A stretch of 64,000 bases of DNA from the NCBI GenBank assembly GCA_963668175.1, contig OY764159.1:3456001-3520000 (forward strand). Reading direction: 5' to 3'. Below the pieces are notes generated by a model that was given only the letters and a program-made list of their open reading frames with translations, searched no databases and was not told the DNA's origin. How positions within the stretch are numbered: position 1 is the stretch's first letter; every line of letters starts with the position of its first letter. Positions 1 through 9,096 of the stretch are shown here, piece by piece. The translations under genes were made by a program, and so were the position numbers. This DNA is from Syntrophales bacterium. GTDB lineage: Bacteria > Desulfobacterota > Syntrophia > Syntrophales > PHBD01.

Positions 1-283
1 GATAATGCGCATACCCCTGCAGTTCGAGGGCCGTCTTCCCGCCGGCGTGTATAGGCAACTTCAACTGGGTCTGCAAAGTATATAAGGCTCCCAGCCAATC
101 GACTTTCTCTCCGTAGCGCTTATAAGCCCCACGACCGAAAGATTCCAGCCACTGGGCGAGCTTATATTTCACTAGGGTATCCGGCTTTAAACCTTGCGAA
201 ACCAGATAGGATGCTGCACTAGGAGTTCCGGGAACCCACTCGGTTATAAGACGGTTTATTTTTGTTCGATCTTTAGGACTCAT
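1..283 (-). CDS. abiEi: Type IV TA / AbiE antitoxin, AbiEi family, N-terminal part (runs off window start)
   Basis: Not in the ORF track. Manual translation gives MSPKDRTKINRLITEWVPGT...WLESFGRGAYKR...WLGALYTLQTQLKLPIHAGGKTALELQGYAHY, which resembles AbiEi_3-type proteins. Confidence 0.8.
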   Translation of the reverse strand, partial: MSPKDRTKINRLITEWVPGTPSAASYLVSQGLKPDTLVKYKLAQWLESFGRGAYKRYGEKVDWLGALYTLQTQLKLPIHAGGKTALELQGYAHY

Positions 284-290
284 AGTCATA

Positions 291-319
291 ATAATAGCAT
301 AATCTTTAACTCATGTCAA
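291..319 (-). promoter_or_regulatory. Sigma70-type promoter of abiEi (probably leaderless transcript)
   Basis: Minus strand TTGACA-17nt-TATTAT ending 7 nt before the ATG at 283; no RBS. Confidence 0.6.
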
Positions 320-1057
320 TTCAATAGTTATGTATTATTTTGTTTTTATGACTATTTGTCATATTGCTATCTTATTTCTTAACTTTTCCTTCCCCCACCT
401 GCTCCAGCACTTCCATCTCTTACATCTCCCGCTCCATCTCCATCTCCGTCTCCATCTCCAGCAGCTCCACCATCTTCATCACCACACCAACAACGACGAT
501 AATAATCATGGTGGCTGTCATCAATCACAAACAGAAGAGCTTCACGAGGAGGAGCAGAAGAACGAGGCGGTCTTCATAATAAAAAGTCAATTTTGAGGCT
601 GGTTAATTGACATAACTGCTTCGCCAGGTCAATTTGTGCTCCTGAAATTAATCGTTTCATTAATTGAATCAAAAGGAAGATTTGCAGTATTCGCGAATAG
701 CGAATGCAATAATTTCCATAAGTTTGAAATCCATGAAATTAGTGTAAGATATTATAAAATTTCAATGCAATGCAAAGTCGACTGATTATTCCATCTAACA
801 AAGCCATGTGAAAAGCGTTATCCTTAATCACACACTACATCATTCATTCATTCAGTCACCCACTCAATCAACCTTTCAATCATCCTTAAAGACAACCTCT
901 TGACCAGTCAACCGCATTCGCTTCTTTGAGAGGAATAATATTGGATGACCTACCCCACGAAAGCGGATCTAGCTGTTAAGTTAAGATTCGAGCATAATGA
1001 GCCAGAAACGGTTAACCGGGTTCTTTGCACGTTCCTTAATAGTTTGTGCTGTGTATT

Positions 1058-1687
1058 CTAAATCTGAGTAGTAATTCTTCGGCTTTCGAGGAATTTGACG
1101 AGAGTGCCCCTGTGGACGTCAAACATGCGGGCCATTGCGCTTTTTGAAATCTTCTTTGCCATCAGTTTTCGGATTTCATCCTCCCGGCCGTCCAGTCGGC
1201 TTTTTGATAAAGCACCTTTCGGCCTGCCCAATTTCTTACCTCCTTGTTTCACAGCAGCCAGGGCCGCCTTTGTCCTGGAACTAATCATATCCCGCTCCAA
1301 CTCGGCCAGTAGAGAGAACACCGTCACCATGACCTTTGAGGTCATGTCGTGGTTGCCCTGGACATCGAGGTTCTGTTTGATGGCCACGAGGCGGATCTTC
1401 CGTTCAACCAGGGCGTTGACCAGGCCGATCACCTCCGGAATGCTCCGGCCAATCCGGGACAGTTCCGAGACGATAAGCAGATCGCCCGGTGCGAGTTTGC
1501 CCATCAGCTCATCGATGCGCCGCTCCTTCGTCGTTTTGCGAGAGGAGATCTCGATCGAGATGAACTCGTCGACATTGATCCGGTGCCGGTTGGCGTAGTC
1601 CAGGATCTCCAGGCGCTGCTTGTTGACGTCCTGCTCATCCGTCGAAACGCGGATATAGGCAATGGTTCGGGGTTGGGAGGTCATCAT
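1058..1687 (-). CDS. Serine recombinase (resolvase/invertase family) with C-terminal HTH
   Basis: AYIRVSTDEQ catalytic Ser motif, LIVSELSRIGRS, AELERDMISSRTKAAL, KLGRPKG and a terminal HTH; start reassigned to MMTSQ at 1687. Confidence 0.92.
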   Translation of the reverse strand: MMTSQPRTIAYIRVSTDEQDVNKQRLEILDYANRHRINVDEFISIEISSRKTTKERRIDELMGKLAPGDLLIVSELSRIGRSIPEVIGLVNALVERKIRLVAIKQNLDVQGNHDMTSKVMVTVFSLLAELERDMISSRTKAALAAVKQGGKKLGRPKGALSKSRLDGREDEIRKLMAKKISKSAMARMFDVHRGTLVKFLESRRITTQI

Positions 1688-1869
1688 TTTTGATTCTTTC
1701 TCTTTTTGCGATGCCAAATCAATTTCGCAAACCGGGGATCTTGTTGAGCGGCCAGTGCGAAAACGTAGTTGAGTGTGTCGACCTCCTCCTGAGGGATAGT
1801 GGGATCGTGAAACCAATAGCCTCGAACTTTATCTAAATGTACGACCTTCTCGTCTTTCTTGTCGCTCAT
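1684..1869 (-). CDS. Small hypothetical protein (61 aa) coupled to the resolvase
   Basis: GGAGG RBS upstream of MSDKK; its stop overlaps the resolvase start (ATGA). Confidence 0.55.
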   Translation of the reverse strand: MSDKKDEKVVHLDKVRGYWFHDPTIPQEEVDTLNYVFALAAQQDPRFAKLIWHRKKRKNQK

Positions 1870-1888
1870 TGGTGGATCAACCTCCATT

Positions 1889-2067
1889 GTCATCTAAGGG
1901 GATGACAGAAACGGCCCCAGGCTGTCATCGAAAGGGATGACTAGCTAAATCCTGATACAGAAGCGTAAACCAATAAAATCAACACGGTTGAGGAAATCAG
2001 GATAGACGACTTGTCATCGAAGGGGATGACAGAATCGGCCCCTCAGGCTATCATCGAAGGGGATGAC
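1889..2067. repeat. Four copies of palindrome RTCATC-N6-GATGAC arranged as two ~55-bp direct repeats
   Basis: Copies at 1889-1906, 1924-1941, 2013-2030 and 2050-2067; the linkers AGAAACGGCCCCAGGCT and AGAATCGGCCCCTCAGGCT are also similar. Confidence 0.9.
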
Positions 2068-2316
2068 AACCCTGTTATCTCGTGAATCTATCATACCGTG
2101 CAATTTGCTCATCTGTCAACATAAATGCCTAAAAACTAATTATAGTGATGAATTTTTGATAACTTTATTACTTATATTCAGTGATATAATTTTTACTATG
2201 CTATACGTTCCTTTTATTGATACATGCCTTCATGAATATAATAGTTGACGGATATCGAAAAATATGTATGATTAGTGTCGCGTTACACGATACATTTTTG
2301 TCAAGGAGTTTGTAAC

Positions 2317-5300
2317 ATGACGATTCCGTCCGAACAATATGACCATCCAGGGACCTATGTCCGAAAGAATATCATTCCCTCAGGCATGTCTGTTAAAGAT
2401 GCCGCCATACGGCTCGGTGTCGGCCGGCCTGCGCTATCGAACTTTCTCAACGGGAAATCCTCCCTATCACCCGACATGGCGGTTAGGCTGGAAAAGGCGT
2501 TCGGTGCCGACCGGAAGAAGCTACTCGACATGCAGGCTGCCTATGAACAACAGGAGAGGCGCGGCAGTGAACAGGAGGTCGCCGTGCGCGCCTTCGTCCC
2601 CTGCTTTCTTACCATCAAAGCCAAGCATATCGAGGAGTGGGCCGGCAGCAATATTGAAGCGCGTACCCACCTTCCCGTCTTACTGCGGAGGCTGGTACAT
2701 TCTACCGGCCACGATCTTCGTCAGGTCGACTTCCCAGGTTATGACAACGCGCAACGGAAGGGGTCAGATGGTTTCGTCGAAGCGGGCGCCGCTACACCAT
2801 GGATTCCTAAGGGAAAATCCCGTTGGGAGTTTGGAGTGGACAAAAATCCAAGTGTTAAAGCTGATAAAGATTATATAGCGCGGCTCACATCTGTTAATGC
2901 CGATGAAAGAGCAAAAAGCGCATTCATCTTCGTAACACCTCGCAATTGGCCCGGTAAGACTATTTGGGAGAAAAAAAAGAACGCGACCAGGGACTGGAAG
3001 GTTGTCAGAGCACTTGACGCAAGCGATCTCGAGCAGTGGCTGGAACAGTCGGTGCCGGCACAGGTCTGGTTCGCTGAACAAATAGCTATGCCTATCAGTG
3101 GCTATGAGACGCTGGAGCAGGCATGGCGACGCTGGACCGATGTTAGCGATCCCAATATGACTCCGGAGATATTTGCGCCATCGATTGCCGCTTACCGGGG
3201 GATGTTTAAATCATGGCTTGAGAAAAAGAGCGAAAGATTCTTTGTTGTCGCTGCCGATTCAAGGGATGAGGCGCTAGCTTTTCTGGCGTGTTTGTTTAAT
3301 GATGACGAACTCCGTAAATTCAAAGACCTCACTGCGGTCTTTACATCTTCGGCAACTTTAAAGACGCTTATCGCATCATCTGTGCCTTTCATTCCGATTG
3401 TCCATTCTTTAGACGCTGAACGTGAATTGGTCGATGCCCATCGCCGGCTTCATTGTATAGTTTTTCGTCCTCGAAATGCAGTTGATACAGAGGCTGATAT
3501 AGCTCTCGACCTGCTCGGATACGAAGACTTTAAGAAGTCACTTACGGCAATGGGAATAAGGGAAGAAGAAGTCAGTATGCTTGCAAGGGAGTCGGCTCAT
3601 TCACCTACGATCCTGCGCCGCCGTCTTTCTATAAATCCGGCGATCAGAATTCCGGCTTGGGCTGGTGATGACGAAATGTCAAAGGCTCTTGTACCAATAG
3701 TACTGATCGGTGCTTGGCATACCGAGTCGAAAGCGGATCGCGAAATCGTTTCATCGCTGGGCGATCGAGAGTACGAAACTATCGAAGACGATATCGCGCG
3801 TCTGCTCCGTTACGACGATAGCCCGGTGTGGTCTACAGGAAGTTACCGTGGTGTTATCTCTAAAATCGATGCGATATTTGCGATTGCAAGGATGATCACG
3901 CGGCCAAACCTCGACCGATTCTTTATTGCCGCTGAATGCGTCCTTGCGGAGTCCGACCCGGCGCTTGAACTGCCGGGAAAGGACAGGTGGGCCGCGGCAT
4001 TGTATGGTAAGACACGAGACCACTCCGGTGCTTTGAGAAACAGTGTCTGCGAGACGCTTGTCATCCTTTCGGTTCACGGAAACATCTTATTCCAGGACCG
4101 TATTGGCATCGACGTCGAAAGCTGTGTGGCGGCTCTGATCCGCAAGCTCTTAACGCCGCTGACGCTCGAAAAATTACTCTCCCAAGATAGCGATCTGCCT
4201 CGTTACGCTGAAGCAGCCCCCGATGTATTTCTCCGGATCATCGAAGCAGATCTTCAGAACGACGATCCAATCGTTCTCGGCCTTCTTAGCCCTGTCGACA
4301 GAAACTCATTATGGGATTCGCCGTCACGGACGGGTCTTCTTTGGGCGCTAGAGTGTCTTGCATGGAAACCACAGAACCTCCTTCGCGTATCGCTGATCTT
4401 AGCTCAACTCTCGCGGCGGAAAATCGACGACAATTTGATGAATAAACCGGATGCAAGCCTTCAGGAAATCTTCAGTTCATGGCTGCCGCAGACCGCAGCT
4501 TCAGTAGAAGAAAGGATCAAGGCGTTGGAAACTCTCATCAGGCGTTATCCGGATGTCGGATGGGAGATTTGCACAGCACAGATCAAGCCAGGTCCCCAGA
4601 TGGGCCACTATAGCTACCGGCCCCGCTGGCGCGGTGACGCCACTGGTGCCGGGCACGGTGCCACGCGCAAAGATATATACACGTTTTGCAGAAAGGTTTT
4701 GGATTTACTGATCGATTGGAGTTCTCATGATGAAAATACCCTTGGCGATCTCGTCCAGTCTCTCCAAGGCATGCCCGAGAAAGACCAGTCTAGGGTCTGG
4801 GATCTTATCAGTAAATGGTCCCCGAAAGCTAGTGAAGAGGCGAAGGCTACGCTTAGAGAGCGGATCCGAAAATTCGCTTTTACGCGACGCGGCCGTCAAC
4901 GAAAGCTTGGGGAAGCAACCCGTGACCGTGCACATGAAGCGTATGATAGCCTTAAACCTAACGACCCAGTAATCCGACACGGTTGGCTTTTCGCGAATCA
5001 GTGGATACAGGAATCGCCCGACGAAATCGAAGAGGAGGGGTTCGACTTTCGGAAACGCGATGAGAGGATCAACAGGCTACGTCGCGAAGCGATCACAGAG
5101 ATATGGACCGAATACGGTTTTGAAGGTGTCCAGAAATTACTTGCCGGCAGCGGTGCCGCTGGTACTGTCGGCCAATACGCAGCATCATTATTTACTGATA
5201 TGAAATCACAGGTTGATTTCATTTACCGTTGTCTTTCCCTTGATGGGGCTATCCGAAGTAAGGCTGATTGGTGCCTCCAAGGATTCCTTTGGTCGATCGT

Positions 5301-6387
5301 GGACGACTCACGCATCGAATTGCTGCAAGCTGCGCTTAAAGGACTGTCTGCTGAGGATTGTAAGCGGCTATTTATATGTACGCCTTTCCAAGAATCCACC
5401 TGGCGCCTTCTGGGCGATTATGATGAAGAGATCCGCAACGGCTACTGGCAGGACGTGTCTCCTTTCTTAGGCAAATTCACGCCCGCCGAGCTTACTACAG
5501 TGATTGACCGTTTTCTGGAAGCGAGGCGACCGCGCGCAGCATTCTTTGCCGTCCATATGGATTTCAGGGATATTGAAACATCGCGCCTCAAGAGGCTGCT
5601 GCTCGACGTTGCGACTGTCAATGTTGAGCCAGCAGATCATTTCAAGTTAGACAGCTACCACATTTCCGAAGCATTGGACTCACTTCATGGACGTGTGGGT
5701 GTAACCCATGAAGAAATGGCTCAACTTGAGTTTCTGTATATCGATGCCCTACGCAGCAGCAAGCATGGAATCCCGAATCTCGAAAGACAGATCGCGCAAA
5801 CTCCGTCGTTATTTGTCCAGGCCTTGGCGTTCGCCTACAAACGGAGTGACAATAGAGAAGACCCACAGGAGTGGAGGATTGAGAATCCCGAACAAAGGAG
5901 GGCGATGGCTTCGGCTGCTTATCACCTCCTTGACCAGATGGAGAAGATTCCCGGTACGGATGAAAACGGAAGAATTAAAGGAACGGATCTCACTGCGTGG
6001 ATTGCTGAGGTTAGGCGTCTATGCCATGAGTTCGCCCGCGTTGAAATTGGTGATCAGTGTCTCGGGCAACTACTAGCTAAGGCCCCCATGGATGAAAATG
6101 GCATATGGCCGTGCGAGGCAGTTTGCGAGGCGATGGAGGGAATGGCATCCGCTGAAATCGGCAAGGGATTCCATATCGGTGTAAAGAATTCTCGCGGAGT
6201 TCACTCGCGGGGCGAGGGGGGAGAACAGGAGCGCGAGCTCGCCGCGAAATACCGGGCTTGGGCCGAGCGCCTGCACTTTAACTATCCCTTTGTTGGGGGA
6301 GTCCTTGAGGATATCGCCAAGTCCTATGACCGTGAAGCCATATGGCAGGATTCCGAAACCAAGATCGAGAAGAGGTTGAACTATTGA
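2317..6387 (+). CDS. Large (1356 aa) protein with N-terminal HigA-type HTH, putative nuclease-like domain and long helical C-terminus
   Basis: HPGTYVR...AAIRLGVGRPALSNFLNGKSSLSPDMAVRLEKAFG is HigA/XRE-like; SDG...WEFG resembles a PD-(D/E)xK core; AGGAG RBS before the ATG at 2317. Confidence 0.8.
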   Translation: MTIPSEQYDHPGTYVRKNIIPSGMSVKDAAIRLGVGRPALSNFLNGKSSLSPDMAVRLEKAFGADRKKLLDMQAAYEQQERRGSEQEVAVRAFVPCFLTIKAKHIEEWAGSNIEARTHLPVLLRRLVHSTGHDLRQVDFPGYDNAQRKGSDGFVEAGAATPWIPKGKSRWEFGVDKNPSVKADKDYIARLTSVNADERAKSAFIFVTPRNWPGKTIWEKKKNATRDWKVVRALDASDLEQWLEQSVPAQVWFAEQIAMPISGYETLEQAWRRWTDVSDPNMTPEIFAPSIAAYRGMFKSWLEKKSERFFVVAADSRDEALAFLACLFNDDELRKFKDLTAVFTSSATLKTLIASSVPFIPIVHSLDAERELVDAHRRLHCIVFRPRNAVDTEADIALDLLGYEDFKKSLTAMGIREEEVSMLARESAHSPTILRRRLSINPAIRIPAWAGDDEMSKALVPIVLIGAWHTESKADREIVSSLGDREYETIEDDIARLLRYDDSPVWSTGSYRGVISKIDAIFAIARMITRPNLDRFFIAAECVLAESDPALELPGKDRWAAALYGKTRDHSGALRNSVCETLVILSVHGNILFQDRIGIDVESCVAALIRKLLTPLTLEKLLSQDSDLPRYAEAAPDVFLRIIEADLQNDDPIVLGLLSPVDRNSLWDSPSRTGLLWALECLAWKPQNLLRVSLILAQLSRRKIDDNLMNKPDASLQEIFSSWLPQTAASVEERIKALETLIRRYPDVGWEICTAQIKPGPQMGHYSYRPRWRGDATGAGHGATRKDIYTFCRKVLDLLIDWSSHDENTLGDLVQSLQGMPEKDQSRVWDLISKWSPKASEEAKATLRERIRKFAFTRRGRQRKLGEATRDRAHEAYDSLKPNDPVIRHGWLFANQWIQESPDEIEEEGFDFRKRDERINRLRREAITEIWTEYGFEGVQKLLAGSGAAGTVGQYAASLFTDMKSQVDFIYRCLSLDGAIRSKADWCLQGFLWSIVDDSRIELLQAALKGLSAEDCKRLFICTPFQESTWRLLGDYDEEIRNGYWQDVSPFLGKFTPAELTTVIDRFLEARRPRAAFFAVHMDFRDIETSRLKRLLLDVATVNVEPADHFKLDSYHISEALDSLHGRVGVTHEEMAQLEFLYIDALRSSKHGIPNLERQIAQTPSLFVQALAFAYKRSDNREDPQEWRIENPEQRRAMASAAYHLLDQMEKIPGTDENGRIKGTDLTAWIAEVRRLCHEFARVEIGDQCLGQLLAKAPMDENGIWPCEAVCEAMEGMASAEIGKGFHIGVKNSRGVHSRGEGGEQERELAAKYRAWAERLHFNYPFVGGVLEDIAKSYDREAIWQDSETKIEKRLNY

Positions 6388-6420
6388 AAGGAACTAGGTG
6401 CATCTCAACAGCCAATAAAC

Positions 6421-7797
6421 CTATTTCCAGTTGAGCTCAGGCCAAACCTGCCGCAAAACCTTTTCACTTTCTTGATTTGAGCAAAACTCGCAGTCCTGAA
6501 GTCTTCCATGTTTTCGCCGCAGCAGTTTATGTGGCGGCCGCCACGGATCGAGAGCAAGATAATTTTCGTTCATATTTCTCTGATCAATATCAAACCGAAT
6601 TAGTTCAAGCGCCAGTAACGCGCCAGCTAAATTCGAGATGAACGCAAATGGAGCTAATGATTGCTTGCCAGCGGCCGTTATTAATTCTCCGACTCCACAT
6701 AAAGATTTAAACAAAGTGTCAAAAGAGGTTCCAAGAAGAGCATCTTCGATCAGATTAGGATGGATTGCTGCAAGCTTATGCGCGATTGTCTTATCAATAA
6801 ATCCTTTTTGTACATCATCTAAAGAAATTCCCAAAGCTTCCGCTAAATGGCGCTCACGCTGATTTTCCTGCGGAATATGGGCGTAAATACAGGATAAACA
6901 TGCATTTAAATTTGGCTGACGATGGGAATGTATAATAATCTCAGAAATGTCTGTTGTTGACGCATCCAGGACCTCTACTGGAAGTTCATTTTGTATTGAT
7001 CTACGAGCACGACGACTATCAACCGTCGTAATTACCCTTCTCACTCTCTGGTCAGGTCTCGTTTTCCTGAAGTCGATAAAATTTCCCACATAGGCTTTCA
7101 CTTCCAATTCTCGGAATTTGGCTCTTGATGCTAGAATTTCAGCTTTATAATTGTGGTCCACATCTTCTGGCGAGAAGAAAAAACATCTGTTCAGGTTTCC
7201 CGAGCTTACTCTTTTGGGATCAACGACGAAAAGTCGGCCTTTTAGGGGTAAATGCTGAGCCGCCCATATGAAGCCGTTTGCTACACCTCCCGCCCCAACA
7301 AGCACTGCGTCGTCGATGGTAATATATTTTGAGAGGTTTTCCATTGGAAGGCCAACATTTTCAAAAATAAATATGAAAGGGTCTGGACTATTCGCGAATC
7401 TATCACCTCCGATAGTACGGGCGAGAACATAACCTGCCGCGAAGCAGGATGAAATCTTGCGCGTCAGATCGGGTACTGTCGCAACTTCAATGGAGTTAAG
7501 AGACGTTGCCGTATGAACTCTCATCTCTTTTTCCGTGACGGTCATCATTAACTTCAAAGATGCGTCCGTCAAGGGTTTGCAGCCAATTGCAAGCTCAATG
7601 TCACATTCTTCTCCCTCCGATACTATTTGTATGGTCCGCCTTAATAATTCAGAAATATCCGTTTTAAATGCAGCCGCTGACTCTCCAGTGCCTGCGGATA
7701 CTGCAGCTCTGAAATCAAGTCGCCTAGCAGCTTCGTCCTCGGAAATACCGGCAAGGCTCATCAATGTCCTTATGTTCTCAGTTTGGGCATCCATCAC
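6421..7797 (-). CDS. bilD: E1-like ThiF-family ubiquitin-activating enzyme (BilD-like)
   Basis: VGAGGVA nucleotide loop, SGNLNR, TTVDS, Zn-ligand pairs CLSC and CEFC, candidate catalytic Cys in SLCG; N-terminal extension consistent with an inactive adenylation domain. Confidence 0.85.
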   Translation of the reverse strand: MMDAQTENIRTLMSLAGISEDEAARRLDFRAAVSAGTGESAAAFKTDISELLRRTIQIVSEGEECDIELAIGCKPLTDASLKLMMTVTEKEMRVHTATSLNSIEVATVPDLTRKISSCFAAGYVLARTIGGDRFANSPDPFIFIFENVGLPMENLSKYITIDDAVLVGAGGVANGFIWAAQHLPLKGRLFVVDPKRVSSGNLNRCFFFSPEDVDHNYKAEILASRAKFRELEVKAYVGNFIDFRKTRPDQRVRRVITTVDSRRARRSIQNELPVEVLDASTTDISEIIIHSHRQPNLNACLSCIYAHIPQENQRERHLAEALGISLDDVQKGFIDKTIAHKLAAIHPNLIEDALLGTSFDTLFKSLCGVGELITAAGKQSLAPFAFISNLAGALLALELIRFDIDQRNMNENYLALDPWRPPHKLLRRKHGRLQDCEFCSNQESEKVLRQVWPELNWK

Positions 7798-8255
7798 GGT
7801 TCAATTCTTACTACTGATAGAAAATTAACGGCCATCCACTTATCTTCCGCAGATAACTGAAACGTTGCGACTTTTTTTTCAAAATTTTTTTCGTCTATAC
7901 GGCTAGCAAAATAAGGTACAACAATTGAAATGGCCCCAGCATGCCGCAATATTGCCCATCTGTCGTCGGCAATAGAGTGGAAGGCTTTTCTGGGATGAGA
8001 ATGAACCTGCGCAACAATTCTCGTTCGCGTTTTCCGAAGATACCCCATGAGCTCACGCATTGAAGCCGGAGGAATCCTAAAATAATCAATGTCAACTTCC
8101 TGTTGAGGTTTATAAACTTCCAATACACGAAATACTTTGTTCTCCTCAATTCCCAGCCATAGCACAACTGTTTCGCAATAGACTTTCCCGCCTTCTCGCA
8201 GAATGCTTAATGTCTCGCTTACGACCTTCCGGTGACAAATCACGTCGTTTCTCAC
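7794..8255 (-). CDS. bilC: JAB/MPN metallopeptidase (deubiquitinase-like, BilC-like)
   Basis: E...QVHSHPRKAFHSIADD (HxH-x7-S-x2-D) motif; probable GTG start at 8255 overlapping the E2 stop, with GGAGGAG upstream. Confidence 0.87.
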   Translation of the reverse strand: MRNDVICHRKVVSETLSILREGGKVYCETVVLWLGIEENKVFRVLEVYKPQQEVDIDYFRIPPASMRELMGYLRKTRTRIVAQVHSHPRKAFHSIADDRWAILRHAGAISIVVPYFASRIDEKNFEKKVATFQLSAEDKWMAVNFLSVVRIEP

Positions 8256-8680
8256 GAATCTACAGATCTCCTCCATGCGCGACTGAGCTGATCCAATAAA
8301 CCGGGCAGATTCATGCCATCCTGTTTCCGATATGTTTCCCAAGGATCATTCAAATGGCCGGGATGGTTATGATACTCACGGATTCCCCGCATACAAATGA
8401 ATGGCCTTTGCACTAGGGGATGTAAATCCGGGTGAAATATATTACCAGGCAAACTTTGAGCGGGCTTGGCACCATCGGGTTCGAGTAATTCCGCCGAAGG
8501 AGGCTGCTCATCCCAATCATCACATGTAAATCGAACACGCAACGGTCGACTTCCCAGAAACGTAACGTCAATAATTGGGAACTCACATGTGTGAAGTTCC
8601 CAGTTGCGATTGGCTATTAACCTCGGGGAAATAAGAACGGCGTCGCGATCAAAGTTCGCCCTTGCTAATACTTCATGCAC
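8252..8680 (-). CDS. bilB: E2-like conjugating enzyme (BilB-like)
   Basis: DDWDEQPPS and PFICMRGIREYHNHPGH with candidate catalytic Cys; lies between the Ubl and JAB genes; probable GTG start at 8680. Confidence 0.78.
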   Translation of the reverse strand: MHEVLARANFDRDAVLISPRLIANRNWELHTCEFPIIDVTFLGSRPLRVRFTCDDWDEQPPSAELLEPDGAKPAQSLPGNIFHPDLHPLVQRPFICMRGIREYHNHPGHLNDPWETYRKQDGMNLPGLLDQLSRAWRRSVDS

Positions 8681-8966
8681 CGCCGCCACCTTCTTTTTTA
8701 TGCCACTCGATTTCAATTATTCCATGAAGATGATTGGCGTGAAAAGTCTTATGCGGGTCAATCGGCCGGTTTTCAACAAATGCTTCCCAGTCTGTTGTAT
8801 TGGTGAGGTGTAAATGCGCGGCTGCCGCCTCTAAAATCTTACCGACAACCTCCTCACTATACGATCGCTTATAATCGTCATCGTCTGGATATGTCCCACT
8901 AGGTGTAATTACGGCAACAGCAATTGGATGATTTTCTCCATGTTTATCATGATGATCGTGTTCCAT
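8673..8966 (-). CDS. bilA: Ubiquitin-like protein (97 aa, BilA-like)
   Basis: Beta-grasp-sized ORF ending KKEGGGGA; first gene of the Ubl-E2-JAB-E1 array; AAGGAGG RBS; His-rich N-terminus. Confidence 0.8.
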   Translation of the reverse strand: MEHDHHDKHGENHPIAVAVITPSGTYPDDDDYKRSYSEEVVGKILEAAAAHLHLTNTTDWEAFVENRPIDPHKTFHANHLHGIIEIEWHKKEGGGGA

Positions 8967-9096
8967 TCGGGACCTCCTTAATCCTTCATGGTTGTTATGG
9001 TCACCTGCGGCTTGCTATTCTGTTAAGCCACAGCTTCAATCTGTTTCTACTTGCCTTTGCCGGTGAGGGTTGGAAATTCGGACATCGAGGAAATTT

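Noticed and set aside
330..596. His/Leu-rich and Ser/Ile-rich ORFs over (CTCCAT)n-like sequence
   Set aside because: A low-complexity hexamer repeat produces open frames on both strands; there is no convincing start, RBS or recognisable product.
838..885. TCAT/TCAA tetranucleotide run
   Set aside because: Short, degenerate and intergenic; no function can be supported.
1889..2067. Possible mini-CRISPR array
   Set aside because: The repeats are only 18 bp, the spacers are irregular (17, 71 and 19 bp) and two resemble each other, and there are no cas genes; protein-binding sites fit better.
6421..8966. Type II CBASS/Pycsar or a ThiS/MoaD sulfur-carrier operon
   Set aside because: There is no nucleotide cyclase or effector gene and no thiamine or molybdopterin genes; E1 and E2 are separate and a dedicated Ubl is present.
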